This document shows positions 28,031 through 38,357 of a stretch of 56,191 nt of DNA, piece by piece. The notes under the pieces are model-generated. The model was given only the letters and a program-made list of their open reading frames with translations, ran no database searches and was not told the origin of the DNA. Positions within the stretch are counted from its first letter, which is position 1; every line of letters begins with the position of its first letter. The stretch is from an uncultured Desulfobacterales bacterium (lineage in GTDB: Bacteria; Desulfobacterota; Dissulfuribacteria; Dissulfuribacterales; JAMONC01): the NCBI GenBank assembly GCA_964578585.1, contig CAZODM010000004.1:1-56191 (forward strand), given 5' to 3'. The position numbers and the translations under genes are program-made.

Positions 28031-31000
28031 TTAATATACTAATTTTTTGTTAATAGTTTCAATAAGTTCAATTAAGTTTTTTTTGGTTACTTGTTGTCTT
28101 GTCTTAATCTCAGGAGAAAATATTTTAATCTTTAGTTCTTCAAACATTATATCAAGTTTTTTTATAAGGTTAAGGAGTTGTGTATTATCAAGTTGATTGG
28201 CAATAATTTTATTTTTTATACTATCGAATTCTTCTTTTATTTTTAAGATTTCTTGTTGTTTTTGAAATTCTTTTGCTGGATTATTATAAGCTCTTTGTAT
28301 TCTTATACGAAAAGCCTCTAAATATCTAGGTAGTTGATAGAGTTTTTCTATATCTATACTTTGAGGGAAGTTATACGGTACCAATATATTCAATTCATCT
28401 AATAAATGATTAAACAGAGTATCTTTTTTATAGATTTTTAGTCTATTTATATGTAAATTTTTTAATTCTTGATATATATCAACTTTTAAGGACAATATTT
28501 TAATAATTTGTTTTATTAAGTTTGTAGCATTAGCTACTAAATTGCTTCTTATAGATTCTAATATTAAAGAAATTTTCTTAGGATTTTTTAATATCTCTTC
28601 AACGTCTATATTAATGATATTATCAACAACATAGTTAAATATATCATTATGTAGTTCTTTTGAGTGTCCGCAATTTAGAAGTTTTAATATTAGATCTTTA
28701 GGAGGTTTTGATATTTTATAAATGTAATTTAGTTGCTGAGATAGTTTCTTTTTTAGATATTCTTTTATTGCATAGTGGGTATGATTTTTAGCATCTTTTA
28801 AGGTAGGGAATAGTTTTATCCATAACTTTTTATCTATCAACTCTAAACCAAAGTATAACTTTTGTTCTGTTTTAACTCCATCTAAAGGCTTAGTTATTGT
28901 TATATGGTCTGAAAATTGAGGAAGGCTTTCTAACTCAAATGGACCTTTTTCATATATCTTTTTTACATCTTTTATTGTTTTGTCTTTGTCAAATTCCTTT
29001 TTTAGCTTTATATCAAATTGTTGTTTTAACCCTCTTAAATCTCTACTATGGGCAATAATCTTATCTGCCTTACCAATGATCTCAAATCTCATCAGTAAAT
29101 GTCTAGGAAGATTGTCTAGAGACCACATTGTCCTTTCAACTTTGACTCCCCGTTTTTTTAGCACCAGTTCTAAGGCTTCTAACAAAGGCGCTTTAGCAAA
29201 CTCCAATTCTTTTACTATCTCAGATGCTGTCTGATTAATAGGAATAAGTTTTTTCCTTATATTTTTAGGAAGAGATTTTAATAAGTATTGAACTTTTTCT
29301 TCCAAAAATCCGGGCACAAGCCATTCAAATGGCCAAGGATCTATATCTGGCAAATCCTTTAGAGGTATTTTTACACTTATACCATCTTCTTCTTTAGATG
29401 GAGAAAATCTATATGTAAGTTCAAACTCTTTACCATTTATTTTGATAGTGCCTGGGAATAATCTTAGCTCTTCTTCTTTTGGATAGGATTTTAATATTTG
29501 TTCCTTAGAAAATTTTAAGATATCCTGTGATCCAAATCGGCTTAGTACCAACTTTAGACATCTTTCATTTACAATTAGTCCTGAAGGTAGTTTCTTTTTT
29601 TCATGTATATTAAGATGGGATGTTGCCCATTGTTCTAACTTAGAAATAGCCTTTTCATATATAGAAAAGATAATTTCTTCTTCTACTAAGATATCTGGTC
29701 GTCTAGTTCGATCTTCAAGTTCTTTTATCTCTTCTATAATCTTTCTGTTGTGTTCTAAGAATTCATATTTACCTAATAGTTCACCTCTTACAAGCCCTTG
29801 TTGTATAAATATCTTTCTTGATTCATGTGGATCAATTCTTGAGAAGTCTACAAGACGCTTTTCTACAATTGTAAGTCCATATAGGCTTACTCTTTCCCAT
29901 GCTACAACACTAGCCCGTCCCCTGTGCCATCGTGGTTCAGACCAAATCCTTGTACAAAGGTGTGGGGCAAGCTCTTCAACCCATTTAGGATTTATTTTAG
30001 CTACTGTCCTGGCAAAGAGTTTTGTTGTACGTACAAGTTCATAGGATACTATCCATTTAGGTTGGGCTTTAAACAAATATGAAGAAGGGTGAATATAAAG
30101 CTCCTTTCCCCTTGCTCCAATATACTTATGTCCCTCTTTATTAAGGGCTATATGACTTAAAAATCCTGCTAATATGGCCATATGGATTTGTTCATAATTG
30201 GCAGGGCTGTCATTTATTGGAAAGTCTCCACACTCTTCTAATATATCCAAAAGCTGCTTGTAAATATCCTCCCATTGTCGCATATGGTTATATGAGAGAA
30301 AGTGTTCTTTACAAAAGTTTCTTATTTCTCTATTACTTGCCCCTTTTTCTTTTAACCTTTTATAACTATTCCATATACGTAAAAAACCTAGAAAGTCTGA
30401 TGAAGTATCTGAAAATTTATTGTGCATTTGCTGGGCTTTTAATTGCATTTCTATAGGACGTTCTCTGGGATCTTGAATGCTAAGGGCTGCAGCAATAATT
30501 AAGATTTCTTTTAAAGCATTTTGTTTTCTTGCTTCAATAATTATTCTTGATATACGAGGATCTAATGGCAGTTTTGCCATCTGATGGCCAATATGAGTAA
30601 GTTTATTATGATGGTTTATTGCTCCTAATTCTCTTAATGTAAGGTAGCCTTCTTTAATTGCTTTTGGTGATGGGGGGTCTATAAATGGAAAATCTGATGC
30701 AGAGCCAAGTCCTAGGTATAAAAGTTTTAGTATAACTTCAGCAAGATTTGATCTTAATATCTCTGGTGGAGTAAATTGGGGCATGTCTTCATAGTCTTTT
30801 TCACTATAAAGTCTTATACATACGCCAGGTGCAAGTCTGCCAGCTCTACCGGCTCTTTGATCTGCACTTGCTTTAGAGATAGGTTGTACAGGAAGGGCCT
30901 TGGTATGAGAGCTTATGTTATATCTAGCAATCCTTGCTAGTCCAGAATCTACTACATATTTTATACCAGGTACGGTTATAGATGTTTCTGCTACATTAGT

Positions 31001-31882
31001 TGCTAAAACAATCTTTTGTCCTGAAAATGGCTTAAATATCTTCTGTTGTTCAAAGGAGGCAAGCCTACCAAACATTGGAAGTACCAAAACATCTTTATTT
31101 TTGAACCTATCTTTTAAGAGATTTAAGGTGTCAACAATATCATTTTCTGTAGGCAAAAATACTAGAATATCGCCCAAGACATCTTGTTTTCTGATTTCAT
31201 ATACCGCTCTTAATACTTGTTCACTAAGAGGAAGTTCTTCTTCTGAATCTTCAAAAGTCATATATCTTATATCTACCGGAAAGCTTCTTCCTGACACCTT
31301 TATAACAGGAGCATTTTTAAAGGCCTTTGAAAATTGTTGAGTATCTATTGTGGCTGATGTAATAATAACTTTTAGATCAGGCCTTTTAGGTAGGATTTTT
31401 CTTAGTAACCCTAATAAAAAATCAATATTTAAGCTTCTTTCATGAGCTTCATCTACAATGATTGTGTCATAGTTTTTAAGTAGCTTATCTCTATGTACTT
31501 GGGCTAATAACAGTCCGTCTGTAGCATATATTATGCGAGAAAGAGGGCCTGTTTTGTCTTTAAATCTTATTTTATATCCTACAATCTGTGGACCAAATTC
31601 ACCAAGCTCTTGAGCCACTTTTTGAGAGATGGTAATAGCTGCTATTCTCCTAGGTTGTGTGCATACAATTGGAGCCTTTTTACCTCTGCCTGCTTTAAGA
31701 CACAACTTAGGTAGTTGGGTAGTTTTCCCTGAGCCAGTCTCACCTGTAATTATAAGTACTTGATGTGTTTTTAGTGCTTCAATAATTTCATCTTGATGGT
31801 TATATATTGGTAGTTCTTTTGGACATGACAAATCCAATTTATTCCAGACTTCATCTGGTATTTCTCTTGTTCTATAAGTCAT
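28031..31882 (-). CDS. hrpA: ATP-dependent RNA helicase HrpA
   Basis: GETGSGKT, TQPRRIAA, DEAH, SAT, QRAGRAGR, HA2 region and long C-terminal extension. Confidence 0.93.
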   Translation of the reverse strand: MTYRTREIPDEVWNKLDLSCPKELPIYNHQDEIIEALKTHQVLIITGETGSGKTTQLPKLCLKAGRGKKAPIVCTQPRRIAAITISQKVAQELGEFGPQIVGYKIRFKDKTGPLSRIIYATDGLLLAQVHRDKLLKNYDTIIVDEAHERSLNIDFLLGLLRKILPKRPDLKVIITSATIDTQQFSKAFKNAPVIKVSGRSFPVDIRYMTFEDSEEELPLSEQVLRAVYEIRKQDVLGDILVFLPTENDIVDTLNLLKDRFKNKDVLVLPMFGRLASFEQQKIFKPFSGQKIVLATNVAETSITVPGIKYVVDSGLARIARYNISSHTKALPVQPISKASADQRAGRAGRLAPGVCIRLYSEKDYEDMPQFTPPEILRSNLAEVILKLLYLGLGSASDFPFIDPPSPKAIKEGYLTLRELGAINHHNKLTHIGHQMAKLPLDPRISRIIIEARKQNALKEILIIAAALSIQDPRERPIEMQLKAQQMHNKFSDTSSDFLGFLRIWNSYKRLKEKGASNREIRNFCKEHFLSYNHMRQWEDIYKQLLDILEECGDFPINDSPANYEQIHMAILAGFLSHIALNKEGHKYIGARGKELYIHPSSYLFKAQPKWIVSYELVRTTKLFARTVAKINPKWVEELAPHLCTRIWSEPRWHRGRASVVAWERVSLYGLTIVEKRLVDFSRIDPHESRKIFIQQGLVRGELLGKYEFLEHNRKIIEEIKELEDRTRRPDILVEEEIIFSIYEKAISKLEQWATSHLNIHEKKKLPSGLIVNERCLKLVLSRFGSQDILKFSKEQILKSYPKEEELRLFPGTIKINGKEFELTYRFSPSKEEDGISVKIPLKDLPDIDPWPFEWLVPGFLEEKVQYLLKSLPKNIRKKLIPINQTASEIVKELEFAKAPLLEALELVLKKRGVKVERTMWSLDNLPRHLLMRFEIIGKADKIIAHSRDLRGLKQQFDIKLKKEFDKDKTIKDVKKIYEKGPFELESLPQFSDHITITKPLDGVKTEQKLYFGLELIDKKLWIKLFPTLKDAKNHTHYAIKEYLKKKLSQQLNYIYKISKPPKDLILKLLNCGHSKELHNDIFNYVVDNIINIDVEEILKNPKKISLILESIRSNLVANATNLIKQIIKILSLKVDIYQELKNLHINRLKIYKKDTLFNHLLDELNILVPYNFPQSIDIEKLYQLPRYLEAFRIRIQRAYNNPAKEFQKQQEILKIKEEFDSIKNKIIANQLDNTQLLNLIKKLDIMFEELKIKIFSPEIKTRQQVTKKNLIELIETINKKLVY

Positions 31883-31887
31883 AAATT

Positions 31888-33234
31888 CTATGCGGAAAGT
31901 TCTTTTAGTACCTGTTGCTGGAGTTCTCTTAATCCTCTACTTGGCTTTACTTCCATGTTAGGTGTTTTTTCTATATCTTTAAATTCGTTAGGAAGACTTT
32001 CTAATTCACTAGAAGCTCTAGCTTTTATAGTATTTAGGTTCTCTTGGTGTACAATCTTTCCTTTTTCCATAACAGGGATAAGGAGAGGGATTGCCCCTTT
32101 TACCTTTTCATCTCTAAGTCCTAATATGTCTCTTTTTATAAACCCTTTTTCATCAAGGCATCTATAGATTTGTTTTTTACCGCTCCATGTAACCTTTTTT
32201 GGGGAAAGTTTTGCTACTGCTCTATCTCCTATTTCAACCATTTTATATACAGTATTTAGATATGGTGCATCTGCTGATACCCCCATCTTTGTACCTACAC
32301 CAAAGGCATCTATTGGAGAATCTTCTTTAATAAGTTGATTTATCTTGTATTCATCAAGCCCTCCGCTTACAAATATTTTAACATATTTTAATCCTGCTTC
32401 ATCTAAGAGCTTTCTAGCCTTTTTACTCATTTCAACAAGATCTCCGCTGTCTATCCTGATCCCTATGAGTTTTTTACCTTTTTTTTCCATCTCTTTTGCA
32501 ACTTTTATAGCACTGTGTGTACCTTTTATAGTGTCATAAGTATCTACTAAAAAGACACTATTATTAGGAAAAAGTTTACAAAATGCTCTAAAGGCATCTT
32601 CTTCTTTATCAAAGGACTCAACAAAAGAGTGTGCCATTGTACCTGTAACAGGTATACCAAACATCTTTCCTGCAAGACAATTGCTAGTTGCTACAAAACC
32701 CGCAATATAGCTTGATCTAGCTACTTTTAATCCTGCTTCTATACCTTGAGTCCTTCTTGCAGAAAAATCTATCACTGCTTTATTTTTAGCGGCTAATACA
32801 CATCTAGCTGCTTTAGATGCAATCATAGTTTCAAGATTTATGGCATTTATTATAAGTGTTTCAACAAGTTGAGCCTGTATAAGTGGTGCTGTTACCTCAA
32901 GTACTGGTTCATTTGGGAAAAATATAGTTCCTTCAGGCAGTGCCCAAACATCACCTTCAAAATGGAATGTCCTTAAAAATTCTAAAAAGTCTTCAGGAAA
33001 CATCTTAAGAGATTTTAAATATAAAAGCTCTTCTTTTGAAAATGAAAATGATTCTAATATACTTAATGCTTCATATAATCCTGCTGAAATAAAAAAGGAT
33101 CTATCAGCAGGGGGCTTTCTCATAAAAAGGGAAAATGTAGCTTTTTTATTTAGATTTAGCTTAAAGTAGCTTGCTGCCATTGTAAACTCATATAAATCTG
33201 TAGCTAGGCAAAGAGAGCTCTGTCGAATCTCCAC
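31888..33234 (-). CDS. pncB: Nicotinate phosphoribosyltransferase
   Basis: TDLYEFTM, DFSARR, GTMAHS, VDTYD, RIDSGD, FGVGT. Confidence 0.93.
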   Translation of the reverse strand: MEIRQSSLCLATDLYEFTMAASYFKLNLNKKATFSLFMRKPPADRSFFISAGLYEALSILESFSFSKEELLYLKSLKMFPEDFLEFLRTFHFEGDVWALPEGTIFFPNEPVLEVTAPLIQAQLVETLIINAINLETMIASKAARCVLAAKNKAVIDFSARRTQGIEAGLKVARSSYIAGFVATSNCLAGKMFGIPVTGTMAHSFVESFDKEEDAFRAFCKLFPNNSVFLVDTYDTIKGTHSAIKVAKEMEKKGKKLIGIRIDSGDLVEMSKKARKLLDEAGLKYVKIFVSGGLDEYKINQLIKEDSPIDAFGVGTKMGVSADAPYLNTVYKMVEIGDRAVAKLSPKKVTWSGKKQIYRCLDEKGFIKRDILGLRDEKVKGAIPLLIPVMEKGKIVHQENLNTIKARASSELESLPNEFKDIEKTPNMEVKPSRGLRELQQQVLKELSA

Positions 33235-33323
33235 TATCTCCTCCTTTTAAGGGCTTTATAAAGAATTTTGAGACATTTATAACCTAAAATTTGTTCTAGT
33301 ACAAAGAAAATAGGTAACTGAGT

Positions 33324-34079
33324 TTGACAATATTGGCAATGGTATTTAGAATGATTTTTATGTTACTAGAGAAGATTACAATGTTAGAATTTGAACAAGG
33401 GCTTAGACAGACAAAGTCTGTAATAGTACCTTTTGGTTCTGTAGAAGAACATGGTAACCATCTCCCTCTTGGTACAGATACTGTCCATGCCTATGAACTT
33501 GCACATCTAGTAAGTCAAAAAAGGCCAGTATTTGTTGCTCCGCCCTTATGGTATGGGCTTTGTAGAAGCACAAGCAGGCATCCTGGTACACTAACTATTA
33601 CTCAGCCTGTGTTAAGATCTATTACAATAGAGATAATAAAGAGTCTTTATCAACAAGGACTTAGAAATTTCATTTTACTTTCAGGACATGCTGGTTCTAC
33701 TCACATGGCAGCTATCATAGATGCTGCAGATACAGTAATAAAAGAGATAGAAGATATAAACATTGCCGCCCTTTCTATAATTGATCTTATAAAGATGTTA
33801 GATGATAAGCTTATTGAAACTGAGGGGGATTCCCATGCAGGAGAGGTAGAGACTTCCTTGATGATGTTTTTAAGACCAAAAGATGTCAAAGGAACTAGCC
33901 CAAAAGAGTTTCCCACCTTTCCAGCATTTATAATTACAAGAGATAAAAGAAGATTTTGGCCTAATGGGGTTTGGGGAGATCCTTCAAAGGCTAGTATTCA
34001 AAAAGGAAAAGATATATTGGAAAAAGAAGCGCAACTATTAGTTGATTTATTAATTAAACTTGAGACAAATAAATTTTAA
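33324..34079 (+). CDS. Creatininase/creatinine amidohydrolase family protein
   Basis: GSVEEHGNHLPLGTD, GHAG, HAGEVETS, GVWGDP. Likely start at about 33360. Confidence 0.9.
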   Translation: MTILAMVFRMIFMLLEKITMLEFEQGLRQTKSVIVPFGSVEEHGNHLPLGTDTVHAYELAHLVSQKRPVFVAPPLWYGLCRSTSRHPGTLTITQPVLRSITIEIIKSLYQQGLRNFILLSGHAGSTHMAAIIDAADTVIKEIEDINIAALSIIDLIKMLDDKLIETEGDSHAGEVETSLMMFLRPKDVKGTSPKEFPTFPAFIITRDKRRFWPNGVWGDPSKASIQKGKDILEKEAQLLVDLLIKLETNKF

Positions 34080-34111
34080 GTTAAAACCTCTTATAAAAGA
34101 AAGGGTATATT

Positions 34112-34627
34112 ATGAGGCAAATAGATCGAATAAAGTTATTTATACCAATCATATTGGCAGTTTTTTTAGTTTCTGCTTGTCATGCTCAAAAAAAGCCTAA
34201 GGAAAGGGGTCCTAAAGCACCTGACTTTACTCTTGAGGATCTCAATGGCACAGTGGTACATCTTTCAGATTTTAAGGGGAAGGTGGTACTTTTAAACTTT
34301 TTTGGTACATATTGTCCACCTTGTAGAATGGAAATTCCTGGTTTTGTAAGGCTTCAAAAAGAATTTGGGCCAAAAGGCTTTCAAGTTATAGGAGTTAGTG
34401 TTGATCAAAATCCTCTTTTAGTTCTTCCAAGGTTTATAGGAATATATCATATAAATTATCCAATACTTTGTGCTACAGATAAGGTCTTAAGGGATTATGG
34501 TAATATATATGCAATCCCTGTGACAGTACTTATAAGTAGAGATGGTATTGTATTAAAACGATATGTTGGTATGGTTACAGAAAATACTCTTATCCCTGAG
34601 ATTAAAAAGGCTTTAAAAGAACATTAA
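34112..34627 (+). CDS. TlpA/ResA-like thiol-disulfide oxidoreductase lipoprotein
   Basis: Lipobox VSAC, APDFTL, GKVVLLNF, CPPC. Confidence 0.9.
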   Translation: MRQIDRIKLFIPIILAVFLVSACHAQKKPKERGPKAPDFTLEDLNGTVVHLSDFKGKVVLLNFFGTYCPPCRMEIPGFVRLQKEFGPKGFQVIGVSVDQNPLLVLPRFIGIYHINYPILCATDKVLRDYGNIYAIPVTVLISRDGIVLKRYVGMVTENTLIPEIKKALKEH

Positions 34628-34687
34628 GGCTTTAAAAAGCCTTGACAAAACCAAAAAAAGTGTTAAGTAGTCTCTCACACAGAACAA

Positions 34688-34763
34688 GGGCCGTTAGCTC
34701 AATTGGTAGAGCAACTGACTCTTAATCAGTAGGTTCGGGGTTCGAGACCCTGACGGCCCACCA
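34688..34763 (+). tRNA. tRNA-Lys(CTT)
   Basis: GGGCCGTTAGCTCAATTGGTAGAGCAACTGACTCTTAATCAGTAGGTTCGGGGTTCGAGACCCTGACGGCCCACCA. Confidence 0.96.
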
Positions 34764-34773
34764 AGAAGAAAGT

Positions 34774-34805
34774 AAAGGGTTAGAGGTTTTCCTCTAACCC
34801 TTTTT
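34774..34805. terminator. Intrinsic terminator after tRNA-Lys
   Basis: AAAGGGTTAGAGG-TTTT-CCTCTAACCCTTTTT. Confidence 0.85.
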
Positions 34806-34973
34806 GTTTTGTAGAGAATTTTCTATAATCTATTAAAAATAAGCTTATAAGTAATAATCATAAGAAGTATTAAAGCTCAATAAGTACCATCTGAGCTAAG
34901 AGGATATCTACTTTGGTTATATAACTTAAAAAACAACAAAGAAGATAGGATTCCATCTCTATTCAAGTTAATC

Positions 34974-35498
34974 TTAACGTATATTCTGGTAGGTCATAGT
35001 TAATATTGTTTTTAGTTCTCTATTCTCATACATCATAGAAATAATATCTTTCTTTGTTAAAGTAATATCTATATTACTTGGAAGTTTCCACATTGCTCCT
35101 GTAGCAGGATCTACTATTAAGAACCCAATAAGCCCTCCAAAAATTATGTTTCCTATATACCAACCGTCTAATGTTGCATCTAAGGTGACTAATTTTGTAT
35201 TATATCCAGGCAAATTAAAACATACATCATATTGAGCTGGAGAAAAGAAGCCATGTTTTGCTTTTAATGTGACAATGCAGGGTGTCTTACCTTTATATAT
35301 TACCCTCCCAGCTTTAGCATCCTTTATTGTCACTTGAGCTCCTGAAGGAGCGCTATTAAAAGATACAGGATAGTCAGATTTGCTAATGATACTTGCGCAA
35401 CCACTAATCAATAGAAGGGAAATTAAACAACTAGTTAATAAAAAATTTCTTTTCATTTTATGAATCCTTTTGTCCTTTTGATGTATTTTGGTAATCAA
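34974..35498 (-). CDS. PEGA-like domain lipoprotein
   Basis: Likely start MKRNFLL (about 35456); lipobox ISGC; SAPSGA, GKTP, WYIGNIIFGGLIGFLIVDPATGAMW. Confidence 0.75.
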   Translation of the reverse strand: MITKIHQKDKRIHKMKRNFLLTSCLISLLLISGCASIISKSDYPVSFNSAPSGAQVTIKDAKAGRVIYKGKTPCIVTLKAKHGFFSPAQYDVCFNLPGYNTKLVTLDATLDGWYIGNIIFGGLIGFLIVDPATGAMWKLPSNIDITLTKKDIISMMYENRELKTILTMTYQNIR

Positions 35499-35614
35499 TA
35501 TGTATAATAACCAAAACAGTTAGTTTTATAACCTTAACTAATCTATAAACTTTTTCTTATTTTACAAAAATTTTTAACTAAAAAATTAATAATGTAACTC
35601 TTGTATAGAATATA

Positions 35615-36720
35615 TCAGTAGTTGTCAATCAAGATGTTGCCTAAAAGAGTAGTAAATTAAGCAGTCATAGCTACAGCATTTTAGGGTTTGATGAGGTAAG
35701 ATTAAGATGTACTGCCTCAATCAGTAACCAATGTCTGGTTTTTCCTGCCCAGCGTTTTGGATGTTTAGCTCTGGCATAGTTATAGGTTCGTTGCCTTTTG
35801 CATAATATATTAATATCTTTACCTCTATGTTGTTGTTCAGGAGTGAGGAATCTAATAGCACTATGTCTATATTGATAATTATACTAATTAATGAAATCTA
35901 ATGTCCAGTCTCATGCATATTCCAGGGAATCAAAATGTCCAGGATAGCCAGGAAAATATTTATTTTAAAAAAGGATTCACAAAAGGGATTGTTATCACCA
36001 ACATGAGCTCTGGAGAATAAAGGTGTTATACTCACTCTCTGCATAGTAGCTAGCACTAGGTCAAAATGGAGCACCAGATTGTTGTGAGAAATCGTTTTTC
36101 AAGATATAGTAACGTCTTAGAAGTTGTAATGCCAATATATCACTTTGAGTCTCATAAACTTCAAAGCCAACAATTTTACGACTAAAGATAAACATATAAA
36201 GATAGTAAAATTGTCCACGAACAGTTGTAGCAAGTAAGTAATATCCCATGACTATACCTGATTGGACGCTGTAGCAGTAAAATGCCTGGGTTTAGAATGG
36301 GTTCCGGGTCTGGTAGGAGTTCTGTTAGTAAATTGATTGAACCATTTCAATACACTATAGAAGAACTTTTTTCTTTTTATCAAGAGATTTGGAAGATGGA
36401 TTATCAATATTGTTTAAACAAGCCTGTTTCTAGGTTTCAAGCATATGAAAATAACCACCTTTATTTCTACAAAATTCAGAGATCTAAACTTCAGACATGG
36501 AAGCAGTAGCAAAAAGATATCCAGTTTTTCCTGGGAAGAAAATTTGTGTTGTTTCATAGTGTCTACTTGAGGCAAAAGTTGAGATTTCCATAAAGGGTAG
36601 AGTAAGCGATATTGTTCATTTTAGCAATCTCAGTCAGGGAGTAAAAGCCATCAAGGATTTGTTTACAAACACTTTGTTTAAATGTTAACTGCTTTTTATC
36701 CTTTTGTTTATTTTATCAGA
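35615..36720 (-). pseudogene. Decayed IS3-family insertion sequence (orfA and orfB fragments)
   Basis: Minus-strand fragments: SLTEIAKMNNIAYSTLY (HTH), SEV*ISEFCRNKG (orfA), YYLYMFIFSRKIVGFEV, DNNPFCESFFK, RHSAIRFLTPEQQHRG, ARAKHPKRWAGKTRHW (orfB). Many stops and frameshifts; boundaries approximate. Confidence 0.8.
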
Positions 36721-36826
36721 ATATGGTCTATTGATTTAGTAGTTTTAAAATTCTTATTCTTCATTAAAAAAGCATTTGCATTTATTATAATCTTTCCAAA
36801 ATAGTCTAAAAATCCTAATTCAATAC

Positions 36827-37663
36827 TCAGATTATCTTTTTATTTTCTAATATAGAAACAGGATCTACTAAATGATAAGAAAACCAAGACTGCCAATTTT
36901 GTGCACCTAAGGCTATTGCCAGTAGTTCTGTGAAATGAAAAGTTGGTATCTTTTCCTTAAGAGTGCATCTAATCTCAAGGTTTAACTGACACATTGCACA
37001 TGCAGTTACTAAACACTCTGCCCCACTTTCTATTGCAGTACCAATAATTTGATTCACCGCTTCTATTGTAGCAGGAGGTTTGGCAGCAGACAAAAATGTA
37101 CCACAACACTTAGTAAGGTTGGGCCACAAAACTGTCTGTGCACCAAAGGATTCCATTAATCTCTCAATTAGCCCCCGGTAGCAATGATAAAAACTTACAA
37201 GCGGTGGTCGAGAAAGCATGCAACCATAATAAGGTGCGACCTTTAAACCTTTAAGTTCTCTTTTTGCCCTTGATTGTAAAAACTTTGGATCCATCTCTGC
37301 TAATATCTCTAAAAAATGCATTACAGGCGCATTGGGATCAATAGGTCTTTGCCATCTGTTTTCTAAGACAAATCTTCGATGAGGATCAACCTTGACCATC
37401 TGTTGTGATTGGTGGAAATTGTGAAGACAATTTGGGCACATAACCATAAGTATTTCATCTGGTGGTAAAAGTGATAGATTCCTTAAAGATAGATCTAGAG
37501 CAATCCTTCTTTCAATACTATGGGCAGAGGTAGAACCACAACAGTTCCAGTCTGGTATATCTATAAGCTCTAAATCTAAAAATTTGGTTACTTCCATTAG
37601 AGAACGATTACATTCTTTTGCAGTAGTAGCAAGTGAACATCCAGGATAGTAATATAGTCTCAT
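36827..37663 (-). CDS. hdrB: Heterodisulfide reductase subunit B-like (two CCG domains)
   Basis: YYPGCSL, WNCCG, CPNC; YYGCML, KCCG, CAMC. Confidence 0.88.
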   Translation of the reverse strand: MRLYYYPGCSLATTAKECNRSLMEVTKFLDLELIDIPDWNCCGSTSAHSIERRIALDLSLRNLSLLPPDEILMVMCPNCLHNFHQSQQMVKVDPHRRFVLENRWQRPIDPNAPVMHFLEILAEMDPKFLQSRAKRELKGLKVAPYYGCMLSRPPLVSFYHCYRGLIERLMESFGAQTVLWPNLTKCCGTFLSAAKPPATIEAVNQIIGTAIESGAECLVTACAMCQLNLEIRCTLKEKIPTFHFTELLAIALGAQNWQSWFSYHLVDPVSILENKKII

Positions 37664-37667
37664 ACTC

Positions 37668-38243
37668 TTAAAGCTCCCATCTTCTAGTAAATATCTCTTT
37701 TATTTCTTTATTGTTTTTCACCTTAGAGGGACTAAGATCAAGCTTTCTTCTCGATAGCATTTTAAGTCCTAGATTAAAATCCTCAAACCACTTATGAGTT
37801 CTAGTCTTATAATCCAACATTATTTCAAGTTTGTGGGTTCTACCATGATTCTCTATGGAATTCATAACAGAACGATGAAATTCTAAGATTGTTGGTTCTG
37901 GAATGTTTCTTTTTTCTTCTATAGCAATGCTTCTTAGAGTATCCATTAGAGAAACAATATCTATAGCCTGCGGACATTGGTTTGAACAGGTATGACAACC
38001 AACACAAAGCCAAATTGTAGAGGAAGAAAGTACCTCATCTCTTAGATCATATTGGATAAGTCTAATGAGTCTGTTTGGAGGATATTCCATAGAAGTTGCA
38101 AATGGACATACACTTGTACATCCTTGACACTGAATACAACGCATTACCTCAATTCCTGATAGCTTCTCAATCTCCTTTGCAAAACTAAAGTTTATATCCT
38201 TTTTCTTTATGTTTAAACTTAAAGTACTTACTTGATCCTTCAT
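37668..38243 (-). CDS. hdrC: Heterodisulfide reductase subunit C-like (2x[4Fe-4S])
   Basis: CIQCQGCTSVCP and IWLCVGCHTCSNQCP; directly upstream of hdrB. Confidence 0.88.
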   Translation of the reverse strand: MKDQVSTLSLNIKKKDINFSFAKEIEKLSGIEVMRCIQCQGCTSVCPFATSMEYPPNRLIRLIQYDLRDEVLSSSTIWLCVGCHTCSNQCPQAIDIVSLMDTLRSIAIEEKRNIPEPTILEFHRSVMNSIENHGRTHKLEIMLDYKTRTHKWFEDFNLGLKMLSRRKLDLSPSKVKNNKEIKEIFTRRWEL

Positions 38244-38316
38244 TTCTCAACTCTTTCTCAGTTAGTTGGTTAAAAACTAAAAAATGTTTAACTCCAACTT
38301 ATTAAATCTTTAACAA

Positions 38317-38344
38317 GTATCGGATATGTTCACAAAAGCCTAAA
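38317..38344 (-). promoter_or_regulatory. Putative sigma28 promoter for hdrCB
   Basis: Minus strand TTTAG-N15-TCCGATAC, about 75 nt upstream of hdrC. Confidence 0.45.
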
Positions 38345-38357
38345 GCTATTTTAGTGA

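Noticed and set aside
15166-34763. Intact integrative element at tRNA-Leu or tRNA-Lys
   Set aside because: No integrase and no duplicated tRNA 3' end (attR) seen in the window.
36061-36509. ORFs 36061-36249 (-) and 36282-36509 (+) as genes
   Set aside because: The first is a fragment of the IS3 transposase; the second is antisense to the decayed orfA.
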